NCBI RefSeq assembly: GCF_009914755.1
Contig: NC_060925.1
Source of the DNA: the human T2T-CHM13v2.0 reference genome, Homo sapiens
DNA: 64,000 nucleotides
Strand: one strand, 5' to 3'
The notes under the pieces were generated by a model. The model made no database searches. It was not told where the DNA came from and worked only from the letters and a program-made list of their open reading frames with translations. The position numbers and the translations under genes were made by a program. Shown here piece by piece: positions 30,405-42,780 of the stretch (position 1 is the first letter of the stretch; every line of letters starts with the position of its first letter).

Positions 30405-30600
30405 CTCAGATAAGGTCTCTGGTGTAAAGGAAAATACTCTACAAAAATTGATGCTTAAATGTACATGGGAGGAGCTTCTGACAATGTTCTATTTCTTGAC
30501 TTTGTTAATGATCAATTATGCATTTTGGGATGATTCATTGAGTAATACACTAATTTGGGGCACTTTTCTGTGTGAGTGTTATATTTCAATTAAAAATGAA
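30405..30600 (+). mobile_element. L1ME-type 3' end
   Basis: AATGTTCTATTTCTTGAC...ATTCATTGAG...GCACTTTTCTGTGTGAGTGTTATATTTCAATTAAAA. Confidence 0.65.
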
Positions 30601-30729
30601 AGAGTAGCAAATAATAAATATTTGGCTTCCAACTTATTCAATTTTGTACTGTGTTCTTTGAGACCATTAGATTACCTAAACCAGTCATTATTTGTGTCTT
30701 TCTGAAGAGATCTGGTGATTTTCTTCTAA

Positions 30730-31100
30730 TTCAAATCAACTCAACAAACATTTATCGAGTGGCCAAATGTGCAAGATACAAAAGGTGAAAAACTGCTCAA
30801 GAAGCTTACAGTCTAATGGGGAAATATAATGCAACGGGGTTAGAACAACAGCCTGGGCATGTAAATGGTGTCATAGTAAAAATGGGAATTCAGGAGTAGC
30901 ATGGAAGAAGTAAGAGAAGGTTTTGTTCAGGAGGTGACTTTTGAGCCAATTAGCCAGTTCATACTGAAGTAGAAATTTCCTAATGTAGGAAAAGGCATTT
31001 CATACATAGGCGAAAGCATCACCCCACTATTTGTAAGTTACACGTAGATCAGTATTGCCAAGTTGTACACTTCTAGGTGGTATGAGTGGAGAGTTCAGAA
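30730..31100 (-). mobile_element. L2 3' fragment
   Basis: TCAACAAACATTTATCGAGTG...CTCAAGAAGCTTACAGTCTAATGGGG. Confidence 0.7.
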
Positions 31101-31125
31101 GCAGACCTTATTTAAAACATTAGAA

Positions 31126-31797
<672 letters not shown>

Positions 31798-32104
31798 TTA
31801 GAAGATCATAAGTAAAGAGAAGATAACACTGTCTTCCATCTCCCATATATAATGCAAAATAAAAATAAATTCTAAACTGTAAAGTAAGTGTAGGGAAATC
31901 CAACAAGTTTCTAATTTTTTCTAAGATTACTATTTTGATGCATTTTTAAGAGCAAATATAAAAAAGTCTTTTTCTAACATTCTTCTCTTTTTAAAGGTAT
32001 TTTAAGAACTTAAATACCTTAAATTTTAGTACTTAAATTTACCTTAAATTTAAAGAACTTAAATACCAGCAAAAGGTCAAATATTAATAGGATCTATATC
32101 TAGT

Positions 32105-32372
32105 AACTTACTGATGCCTCACTATATTCCAGGCTCTATGATAAATCCTTTATATAGACTATTTCATTGAACCCTCCGGACAGCCTATAGGAAAGATACT
32201 CTTACTACTACTAACATTGCCATTGTCATTATTGACTTTAAATATTAGAACTTAGAGAGTTTAATTAATGTATCCATGCTCACACAGCTGAAATGTGATT
32301 GAGCTGGGATTGACTAACTGGGCACTGACTGATGATGGGGCCTGAAGTCCTTTCCTCAACATCATACTGCCA
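32105..32372 (-). mobile_element. MIR
   Basis: TTACTGATGCCTCACTATATTCCAGGCTCTATG...CTCACACAGCTGAAATGTGATTGAGCTGGGATT. Confidence 0.7.
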
Positions 32373-32449
32373 CAAAATCTTAGAATATGCCAAATTAGAT
32401 GTGTTGGGAAGGGTCTTTGCTCTTTGCAGTGCTCCTTAATCCTCAGATT

Positions 32450-33289
32450 TGTTCATTTATTCAGTTAGTATTAATAGAGTACCTATATCTGTCCGCACTG
32501 TGGTAGGCATTGAAGATACAGAGTGAATATTACAGAAGTGATCCATACCTCATGGAGTTATTGTTACAAGGAAGTGCCAACGGAGTTTGGGAATTTGGGA
32601 AGCCCTCTCTGAAGAAATGAGGATTGTATTGAGATCTGAAGGATGAGTTAAAATGACCTAAGTGAACTGGAGAGTTTCATGCATGGTAAATACCAAGCTG
32701 AGGTGATATACAAATGCCAAGCTCAGATCCCCTTTTAAGGAAGGACTTGATGCCCCTGGAGCTAGCAGTGCCAGCCCTTTCAGGCATTGCCTCAGCTACA
32801 GGGAGACACCTCACCCAAGATCACACCCTTCCACCCATTTGTGTGCCACTTCTGATGAGCCACTTCAGTTACAGAGCACTGTGTGCTGTTGGCTAAGGCT
32901 GTCAGACTTGCGTCTCAGCTTGATTTCTCCCTCTTCCCAATTCTGCTTCCGCCTCCTCCCTTCCCTGGGTGTTGACTCAAGAGCACTCTCTAATAAACAT
33001 CCTGAACTCTAAACTCTGCCTTAGAGTGTGCTTCCTGGAGAACTCAATGTGCATTACGGCATGAAAAGCCTTGATGAGTAAGATGCTAAGAAGCATTCAG
33101 AATGGCTGTAGACTGTGTGGGAAATAGTGAGATGAACCCAGGCCAAAAACGAAGACGTGGGTCAAGTCATGAAGTATCTGGTAAACCATGTTGAGGATTT
33201 CCCTAAAAACAGTGGCTAGTAGGAAGCCATTGTTGAATTTTAAGCAGGAATGACATAATCAGATTTGCAGTTTTGAAATATCACTTTGG
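32450..33289 (-). mobile_element. L2 (pieces at 32450-32700 and 33060-33289), interrupted by LTR16 and an Alu
   Basis: TTCATTTATTCAG...GAGTACCTATATCTGTCCGCACTGTGGTAGGC; GGAAGCCATTGTTGAATTTTAAGCAGGAATGACATAATCAGATTTGC. Confidence 0.75.
32705..33058 (+). mobile_element. LTR16A-like ERVL solo LTR
   Basis: GCCTCAGCTACAGGGAGACACCTCACCCAAGATCACACCC; CTCTAATAAACATCCTG...AGAGTGTGCTTCCTGGAGAAC. Confidence 0.75.
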
Positions 33290-33489
33290 GGCCAGTGCGG
33301 TGGCTCACACTTGTAGTCTCAGCAGTTTGGGAGGTTGAGGCAAGCAGATCTCTTAAGCCCAGGAGTTCGAGACCAGCCTGGGCAACATGGCAAAACCCCT
33401 CTACAAAAAAATCTAAAAATTAGCTGGGTGGTGGCACATGCCTGTATTCCCAAGTACTTGGGAAGTTGAGGTGGGAGAATCACCTGAAC

Positions 33490-33636
33490 CCTGTCCAAAT
33501 GAACTGTGCTAATATAACTACTATATATCACACATATCTGTGAATTAAGGTGAAGAATAAAAATAAGAAAGCAAAACCAGAGATGTATGATTGGCAGGAG
33601 GACAGGTCTTTCTTTTGATGTTGTATCTGGAGGTCA
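33490..33636 (-). repeat. Inverted copy of 34446-34581
   Basis: Reverse complement is identical over 136 bp apart from one 11-bp indel (ATGTATGATTG). Confidence 0.97.
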
Positions 33637-33704
33637 ACCCTGGAAGGTTGAGGCTGCAGTAAGCCATGTTTGTGCAACTGCACTTTAGCCTGGGCAACAG
33701 AGTG

Positions 33705-33841
33705 TTCCAGAGGTGTCCCCAGCCACATGCAACTGCAAGTCAATTACACCTCTTTTCTTTATAAACTTCTCAGTATCAAGCAGTTCTTTATAGAAATGTG
33801 AGAATGAACTAATTCTTTCTTTCTTTCTTTCTTTCTTTCTT
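33705..33841 (+). repeat. Direct copy of the THE1 LTR 3' end plus flanking (TTTC)n from 37444-37573
   Basis: About 7 differences over ~128 bp; includes the LTR/flank junction. Confidence 0.95.
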
Positions 33842-33855
33842 GTGGAAGACCTTGT

Positions 33856-34120
33856 GAAAGAAAGAAAGAAAGAAGGGAGGGAGGGAGGGAGAGGGAGGGA
33901 TGGAAGGAGGGGAGGGAGGGAGAAAGAAAGAGAAAGAAAGGAAGGAAGGAAGGAGGGAGGGAGGAAGGGAAAGAGAAAAAGAAAGAAAAAAAGAAAGAAA
34001 GAAAGGAGGGAGGGAGGGAAAAGAAAAGAAAAGAAGAGAAAGAAGAAAGAAAGAAAGAGGATGGGAAGGGGAAAGAAGGGAGGGAAGGGAGAGGGAAGGA
34101 AAGAAAAGAAGAAAGAAGAA
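33856..34120 (+). repeat. Polypurine (GAAA/GGGA/GGAA)n low-complexity tract
   Basis: Almost purely A/G for ~265 bp; an expanded Alu tail. Confidence 0.97.
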
Positions 34121-34605
34121 ATATCACTTTGGCTGTAGTGATGGGGTTCTTTCAGAAATCATTTTCCTTCTTCTAGATATTAATGGTAAAATAAAAATAA
34201 CAAACTGTCTTTCCTGTCCATGAATCATTGCTTTTCATTCCCTTTCACTTTATCAGTAAAAGCTACTAAATCTGCTCCATGGTTTATGCAGTACATTCGT
34301 GTAGGGTATCATCCAGCATTAGCTTCTTGAGAGACCATAGGAAATAGTGTTACGTGTGGACTTGGCAAGCTATCTCTTCTATGGTGATGAAAGCAGACTG
34401 TTCGGTGTTGCTGGAAAAGCTTAAGGTGATAAGTCACTAGAGACATGACCTCCAGATACAACATCAAAAGAAAGACCTGTCCTCCTGCCTCTGGTTTTGC
34501 TTTCTTATTTTTATTCTTCACCTTAATTCACAGATATGTGTGATATATAGTAGTTATATTAGCACAGTTCATTTGGACAGGAATAACTTGGCAGTCAAGA
34601 TTAGA

Positions 34606-34947
34606 TTTTTTTAAAGCTTTGTTGCAATACAATTGGCATACTATAACTACATATACATAAAGTGTACAATATATAACATACGCACACACATTTGTGAACC
34701 CATCATTAACAATCAGGATAACAAATATTTCCAGCACCCCAAAGGTTTCATTGTATCTTTTTTTCATCTCTCTCTTTTCTTTTCTCTCTCTCTTTCTCTC
34801 TTCCTTTCCTTCTCCCCCTGGCAACCACTGATGTACTTTCTCTCACTATAATTACTTTCATTGTCTTTAATTTTATGTAAGTGTAATCATGCAACATCTA
34901 TTCTTTTTTGCCTGGCTTCTTCCATTCAGCAAAATTACTCTGAAAAT
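34606..34947 (-). mobile_element. L1MD/ME-type 3' end
   Basis: ATTTCCAGCACCCCAAAGGTTTC...CCCCTGGCAACCACTGAT...TGCCTGGCTTCTTCCATTCAGC. Confidence 0.8.
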
Positions 34948-35657
34948 TAGATGTAAAATGTTTAACTAAATTATATTCTATGTAAGTCATCAGACTTGTT
35001 ACACATAAGAAACTTTGGATTTATTTACACAACATTGTATGCATTATACATACCAACAATGGAAGTGATGCTCAACTTTTTAAGTATAATTATTCATTGT
35101 GCCTCAGATAGAAAATTTTGATCTAGTAATCAAAGCAATTTTTCTTCGAACTTATAAACCAAAACACATGATCTGTGATGTTCCCTGAGAAGTCTATATT
35201 TGAGGGAACACTAATAAGACATTGATAAAAGACTCTCCTCTCACAGAAAAATGTGGCCAAATAACCTAGAAAATTGGAAGCTAAAGAGCAGCTGTTATGA
35301 GATATGGAAATTAGAGGACACAGGGTGATCTTCTGTATTTCTTTAAGATAGTTAAACTGGAGGCTGCTCCCTCAACACAAATACACATATGCACACACAC
35401 AAATACTCACACATATGCATATATAAACAATACTACACTTTTTTCTTCCATAAATTGCTTTTAGCTCAGCTTAGTTCAGCAATTGTTTTACATTACCATT
35501 TTAATTTTGTTATATCTCTAAAAAGGATAAAAATTAAAGATAGTTTTAAAAGTATCATTATATCCAAACCTTGACACTATTTGATTCTACCTGTAAAATG
35601 CAAAACTTAGAATAGGTCATGAAATAACCTCTTTTAACTTTTTAAAAATATTTTTTC

Positions 35658-36002
<345 letters not shown>

Positions 36003-37181
36003 TCAAATGAATGAAACAAAACTTTCTGCTCTTTGACTGCTTTTTCTCTGATACCATGTCTCCTTACTTTGGTATACCTGAGAAGCCAATGTTAAAACTT
36101 CCTTCAAGAGAGCGTGTTCTTTATCTGATTGAAATTTTTGTAAAGTTCATTAATATGTTTTTGTTTTTCAATGTGTGTGCCTTTATATTTTAATCTTTTT
36201 ATTCTATTTCACATAGCTTAGGCCTTTTTATACTGTTTTGGAGAAAGCATGGGTGACTATTTTCTATTTCTTAGTTTCTGACTCACTATTTTGCACATCA
36301 ACTAACACAGCCTAAGAAAGGTTGCCTTTTACGGTCCCATAGGGCCAGTACCATATTCTTTGTAAGTTCACAGTGGATTAAACCTGATGTATATTATTTG
36401 CCAGTTCGGAATGATATGATCTGTAAATTTTTACATTGCACCTTCACTAACCAGAAACCATTGTTTTCTTTGATATGTATTAACTCCGATACATCACAAG
36501 AATGGAATCCTGTTATCTTGTGCTAGCTGGGAATATTATGGCAGCAGGGAGGTTTGTATGGGTTATAGCTCAAGTTTTCTTTTACTTGCCAAATGTTTTG
36601 TCTAGTTTTCTTACTTCTGACAGTGTTTTTAAAGATCCTTTTTGTATATTTTAACTTGGATCTGTTAATTTTTCAAATAATTTTTTAAAAATGTAGTTCT
36701 TCAGTTCAGTAACCAGACAACCTCATTGATGTTTTACCCCTGAGTGTATGCACCTACCTAAATTTGCAACTATTTGAAAAATATTCTAAGATCCTTTGAA
36801 ACTCTAGTATGGAAAATAGTAAAATGAACTTTTGGTTTCTAGATAAATATGTATATCATTTGACTTACCTAAACAGTATATGACCAGTACTGATTTTCTT
36901 CTAGAGGCTTTAACGCTGATTTTATTTGCGAGCAAAGAAATTAAAAGAAAATTGAAAGCTTAATTCTTCCTGGGATTTCCTCGTATGTTTTCCTCATAGT
37001 TTGTAGCTAAGAAACAATAGAGCTTAGCTGCAAGAAATAGAAATAGTAATAGCATAGTATAATTTTTAAATGCCAGTTAAACCAAGGTAATGACATAGGT
37101 CATGTCAGTTTTAAAAAAATATATCTCAGAAAGGAATTCTGTCTGATTCTTTCTTTCTCTCCTTTCTCTCTCTCTTCTTTC

Positions 37182-37985
<804 letters not shown>

Positions 37986-38577
37986 TCTATCTGACTCTTT
38001 TCTTCATACCACCCCCTGCAAAAGTCCTAAGACAAATTGTTGGCTCTTTTCATTCCACCACACCGTACAGATGGGCTACAGAAGAGCACCAGCACCCTTT
38101 CAGGGTTGTCCCCTAAGTCTACATGCCTAGCTCTTTAGTTCTCCCATTGAATTCTTTTTCATTGTATCATATGACATATTATTAATTTGAATAATAAATT
38201 AAATTTTTATATTCCTACTGCTAAGTCAGTACTGTGTATATAAACTGAATTTCCCAGCTTTTCTTGGAACATGGTGCTCACTAGAGGAATGGAAATTCAA
38301 TTTAAAACAATAAATAGGGAAAGCAGAAAGAGTAAACAAAATGTGGAAGGGTGAGGCTTACTCTGAGGAGTGACTAAGCAGGCAGCTTCCTGTGGGCCCT
38401 TTAAAAAATGATTTTTTAAAAAATGTTCTTCCCTATTAGTTCTTAGAAAAGCAGATCAACTTGAAAAGATGCTGGTAGTTAGGTAAAACACAGATATATG
38501 GGTTTTTTTTTTTTTTAAAAAAAATGCAATAGAGACTATGTTATTCTAATAGTCATAATCTCTAAAACGGTTCATCT

Positions 38578-38789
38578 ATTTTTTTTTTTTTGAGCTGGAG
38601 TCTCACTCTGTCCCCCAGGCTGGAGTGCAGTGGCGCAATCTTGGCTCACTGCAACCTCCACCTCCTGGGTTCTAGCAATTCTCTTGTCTCAGCCTCCTGA
38701 GTAGCAGGGACTACAGGTGCCCACCACCACTCCTGGCTAATTTTTGTGTTTTTATTAGAGATGAGGTTTCACCATATTGGTCAGGCTGG
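38578..38789 (-). mobile_element. 5'-truncated AluS
   Basis: Ends at CAGGCTGG; TSD TAAAACGGTTCATCT / TAAAATGGGTCATCT. Confidence 0.94.
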
Positions 38790-39088
38790 TAAAATGGGTC
38801 ATCTTCTGCTACGTTTTAATAAGAAACTGATACTCATTCATATTCATATAGATTCCTAATCTAGAAACTCAATCCATAAACTGGATCCTTTATGAATTGC
38901 ATAAAATATAAATTAATTTCTTTCATTAAGTGTTATGTAAATTTATAATACAACAACACCTGTTACAATTTTTAAATTTCTAATGGGCTTTAAATACTCA
39001 GCACCACTGAGAAGCTTGCTATTGCCTTGTGTCTATCAGTGTTTTCGCTCTAAGTTAAATGTACATTCCACAACAACAAACCACGTTT

Positions 39089-39365
39089 TGTTTTTTTTTT
39101 GGAGATAGGCTGGAGTTCAGTGACACTGAGCATAGTTCACTGCAGCCTCGACTTCAGGGCTCAAGTGATCCTCCTACCTCAGCCTTCCAAGTAGCTGGGA
39201 CCACAGGTGTGCACCACCACACCCAGCTAATTTATTTTTATTTTTGCTAGAGATGAGGTCTCACTCTGTTGCCCAGACTGGTCTTGAACTCCTGGCCCCA
39301 AGTGATCCTTCTGACTCAGCCTCCAAAATTGCTAGGATTACAGGCATGAGCCACCACAGCCAGCC
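39089..39365 (-). mobile_element. AluJ
   Basis: TSD ACAAACCAC(G/A)TTT. Confidence 0.95.
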
Positions 39366-39589
39366 ACAAACCACATTTGTACTCTTCTCTTTTTATTTAC
39401 ATTCCCCAAGTCAGTGCTAAGTACAGAACTGATGCTTAATAAATACTTGATTGATTGAGTTATGTGAATCTGTGAGAAGTCAATAGAAGTAGCCATGAAC
39501 TGTCAAACCTCAGACTATATGATTAGAAATTCATGCTCCAAGGAAAGAGCATGAGGAGCTTGAAGTGAATCCTTGCTCAGGAATATACG

Positions 39590-40430
39590 AGCGATGTGAC
39601 CATGAGGAAGTTACTTAACTTCCCTGAGCTTCAATCTTCTTAATAAAATGAGATACCATCTCACACCAGTTGGAATGGTGATCATCAAAAAGCCAGGAAA
39701 CAAGAGATGCTGGAGAGGATGTGGAGAAATAGGAATGCTTTTACACTGTTGGTGGGAGTGTAAATTAGTTCAACCATTGTGGAAGACAGTGTGGTGATTC
39801 CTCAAGGATCTAGAATGAGAAATACCATTTGACCCAGCCATCCCATTACTGGGTCCATACCCAAAGGATTATAAATCATTATACTATAAAGACACATGCA
39901 CATGTATGTTTTTTGCAGCACTGTTCACAATAGCAAAGACTTGGAACCAACCCAAATGTCCATCAATGATAGACTGGATAAAGTAAATGTGGCACCTATA
40001 CACCATGGAATACTATGCAGCCATAAAAAAGGATGAGTTCATGTCCTTTGCAGGGACATGGATGAAGCTAGAAACCAACATTCTCAGCAAAGTAACACAG
40101 GAACAGAAAACCAAACACTGCATGTTCTCACTCATAAGTGAGAGTTGAACAATGAGAATACATGGACAAAGGGAGGGGAACATCACACACCAGAGCCTGT
40201 CAGGGGATGGGGGGCTAGGTGAGGGATAGCATGGGAGAAATACATAATGTAGATGACGGGTTGGTGGGTGCAGCAAACCACCATGGCACGTGTATACCTA
40301 TGTAACAAACCTGCACTTTCTGCACATGTATCCCAGAACTTAAAGTATAATAAAAAATAAAATTTAATTTAAAAATGAGGATAATAATAATTGCCTTAGC
40401 ATTATTGCAAAGATTAGACATAAATGATTT
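39590..40430 (+). mobile_element. MIR split by the L1PA insertion
   Basis: GAAGTTACTTAACTTCCCTGAGCTTCAATCTTCTTAATAAAATGAG | AAAATGAGGATAATAATAATTGCC. Confidence 0.7.
39653..40371 (+). mobile_element. 5'-truncated L1PA (about PA7) 3' end
   Basis: ATACCATCTCACACCAG...AAAGACACATGCACATGTATG...CCCAGAACTTAAAGTATAATAAAAA; TSD AAAATGAG at 39645-39652 and 40372-40379. Confidence 0.96.
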
Positions 40431-40698
40431 GAAGTGGCTGGCAAGGGGCTGGCTGACAGCCCTGAATTCATGATGCTATTTCCACTTGACAGATGAAGAG
40501 AAACGGATCATTATTGAAGTAATTCGTACCTGATCACACAGCCATTAAATGCCAGAGGCAGGGTTCAATGCCAGCTTTATCAGACTCTGAATCCAGTGTC
40601 TAACATTTCTTATATTGCGATCACTTTTTGGAAAGGTCATGTCCAGGGTAGATAATGAATAAGAGGGGCACAAAAAGAAGGCAGGTAACAAATGAGGA

Positions 40699-40851
40699 TA
40701 GTGCCTTTCACACTTTTTGATCATGACCCACAACATTACATTGTAAACCCTGAATACATACAACTATACAAAACAGTTGAAGCTTACTGCACATGTTGTA
40801 GTCAGGTATCTATTTTCTATTCTATTTCATGTTTTAAAAATTCTGATTATA
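40699..40851 (+). mobile_element. MER119-like hAT-Charlie element, 5' part
   Basis: AGTGCCTTTCACACTTTTTGATCATGACCCACA start; TTCTATTCTATTTCATGTTTTAAAAATTCTG. Confidence 0.55.
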
Positions 40852-42235
40852 GCAAGCTGGATGGTGGGGGCCTGGGGAGGTGTTGAGATGCATGGGTCAT
40901 TTAACAACCTCAGTCACAGGTCACCAGGCAGAGCTCTTTGCTGTCTCTGCAGCCTCGGTCTCCTCATCTGGTAGCGGTCTTTGCCCTGTGAATAAACTGT
41001 AAACCCATTTTCAGGGAGCTGAGGACTGGCCCTTGCATGGCCACAGGTATAGGTCAGCCTAGAGCACCAGGATTCACAGGCCCGGTAGGTCAGGAGACAG
41101 GAAAACAGGGCCCTGGCTGCCAGGAGTAGGTGCCTTTCATGTCAGTACCTGTTTGCCTGGCCCTTCATGAAACTGAGAAAAATCGAAGAGCAGAGCCTCC
41201 TCAGGCCACAAAGCAGGTAACTCAAGCAAATGGTCAGAATGCAAACAGTACCCAGGAGTGTACAGCAGTGAACAAAACAGTTCCTGCCCTCATGGAGCTA
41301 ACCTGAAACAACCAAGAAAACAATTAAATAGTATAGTAGAGGCACAAGAGTCATATTAATGGGCCAGACAGATGAGGAAGATGAAGTTTGGCTATCTCTT
41401 TTTCCTGCAGCCTACTCTGGTTTTGTCTTAAGCCAAGTTAAGATTTTACAGGCTCCTTCACTAGTGAGTCACGGAAACTGTCATGAGAATGCTGTACACA
41501 TGGCTGCTCACAAGCCCTAGGAAGATGGAATCTGGGGAGAGCTGCTGGTGGAAAGGCTGGGAACAGCTCCAGTTCAAAATCAGAAGTGGTTTTGGGAAGC
41601 TGAAAGATTTGAGGCAGGGAGCAATTACTGGGCTCGTTGGCATTGGGGAAATTTCAACGTCCAGAGAACTTAACCCCTGATAAAATCGTGGAACTGAGGA
41701 ATAAAACTGTAGGACCAACACTAAACAAGAATACCTTATTGCTATTTCAAATCCAAGGTAGATATATTGCTAGAGCCAGTATGTTGAAAAGAAGAAAAAA
41801 TATAGTCCAAGTAGACATCCCAGGGGAGCTAATCTCTTTGGGGCAGGAGACTTGAGGAGTATGGATGACCTAGAGCGGCATTACAGAGAAACAAACTCTG
41901 TAAATGTCTCTCACAATCATGATGTGTGTATAGCAAATAGTACTAAAATTAAATTACCACTGCATTTGATAATGCTATTCACTAAGAGATACTCACATAA
42001 AACATTTCTTTGCTTAGGTTAAAAGTGTATGGGGGCAGGGGCAGGCTTTTTAGTTAAATAGATCTTTATATTCATTAGAAGTATCTTGAGGGTTTTGACC
42101 TTTACAAAAAAGGGGAAGCTGCCAGTAACTTCTCATTTTGATCCTGCTAATTTCTGGATTATGTATGTAAGTTTAAAAAATTCTTAAAATTTTGTTTTGT
42201 GACATCTGTTCAGTGGCAAGAAAGACAAAAACAAA
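40852..42235 (+). other. Full extent of the EOLA retrocopy (5' leader, CDS, 3' UTR, decayed poly-A)
   Basis: 3' UTR motifs TTTGACCTT...AAGCTGCCAGTAA...TTTTGATCCTGCTAATTTCTGGATT resemble the recalled EOLA1 3' UTR; A-rich end AAGAAAGACAAAAACAAA; hAT halves on both sides. Confidence 0.7.
41381..41855 (+). pseudogene. EOLA1: Processed pseudogene of EOLA1/EOLA2 (CXorf40A/B; ASCH-domain protein), CDS relic
   Basis: Stitched translation MKFGYLFFLQP/YSGFVLSQVKILQ...AVHMAAHKP*EDGIWGELLVERLG...GAITGLVGIGEI/QRPENLTPDKIVELRN...KNIVQVDIPGELISLGQET* matches recalled EOLA1 ([24 protein letters not shown]...ELLVERLG...[29 protein letters not shown]...KDVFQVDIPEHLIPLGHEV). Same start, stop and length; no intron; in-frame TAG at 41518-41520 and several frameshifts. 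Confidence 0.93.
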
Positions 42236-42303
42236 GCTTGTCATGATTTACTAAATTGATTTAATACCACACTAATGGGTCATAACCCATTTTGAGAAAC
42301 TCT
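42236..42303 (+). mobile_element. MER119-like hAT-Charlie element, 3' part
   Basis: TCATGATTTACTAAATTGATTTAATACCACACTAATGGGTCATAACCCATTTTGAGAAAC resembles the MER119 terminus. Confidence 0.55.
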
Positions 42304-42304
42304 T

Positions 42305-42780
42305 AGATTAGGAGATTGCTATAGTAATCCATGTGAAAGATGTTGGTAGCAGAACTAATGTAGTAGCAGTGGAAATGGGAGAAATAGATGTGATACTTAT
42401 TTGAGAAGTAGAATCAACATGTCCTTAGGATTGTTTGAAGGGAACAGACACAGTGAAAAGGTTTCAAGCTTGGATAACTGGTTACCATTCTTCAGATAGG
42501 GAGCACTGGAGGAACAATTTGGATGGAAAATGGACTCTATTTGTGATGCTTAGGGCCATCCAGATGAAGATTTCTAGTAAGCAGTTAAAAGTGTGAGTTG
42601 GAGAAAAGGAGAGGCATCTGGGCTGGAGATACAGATTCATCAGTATGCAGATGATGTTTGAAGCCATGGCAATGGATGAGACTCCCTGGGGAATCAGTGG
42701 GGAAGGTGAGGCAAAAGTGGCTGAGGATTCACTGCAGGAAAGGCAGAGGGAGAAGAGGAAGAGAGGAGACGGACAGACTC
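42305..42780 (-). mobile_element. L2 fragment
   Basis: GAGAGGCATCTGGGCTGGAGATACAGATT...ATGATGTTTGAAGCCATGGCAATGGATGAGA. Confidence 0.75.

Larger units (their letters stand above)
33290..34117 (+). mobile_element. Alu (J/old S) carrying two templated insertions and a ~260 bp purine tail
   Basis: Perfect 15-bp TSD GAAATATCACTTTGG at 33275-33289 and 34118-34132; Alu sequence interrupted at about 33494-33635 and 33705-33846. Confidence 0.95.

Noticed and set aside
33759-34223. Long K/E/R/G-rich and F/S/L/P-rich ORFs (also 37374-37902)
   Set aside because: They are translations of purine/pyrimidine microsatellite tails that happen to lack stops.
36905-36982. Candidate coding exon with AG/GT borders
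   Set aside because: Stops in all three frames and a weak donor.
41411-41463. Apparent small exon (TTTCCTGCAG...CTA/GTGAGT)
   Set aside because: It lies inside the EOLA pseudogene CDS relic, and the splice-like signals are explained by decayed codons.
41381-41855. Functional EOLA retrogene
   Set aside because: There is a frameshift after about 11 codons, an in-frame TAG and further frameshifts.
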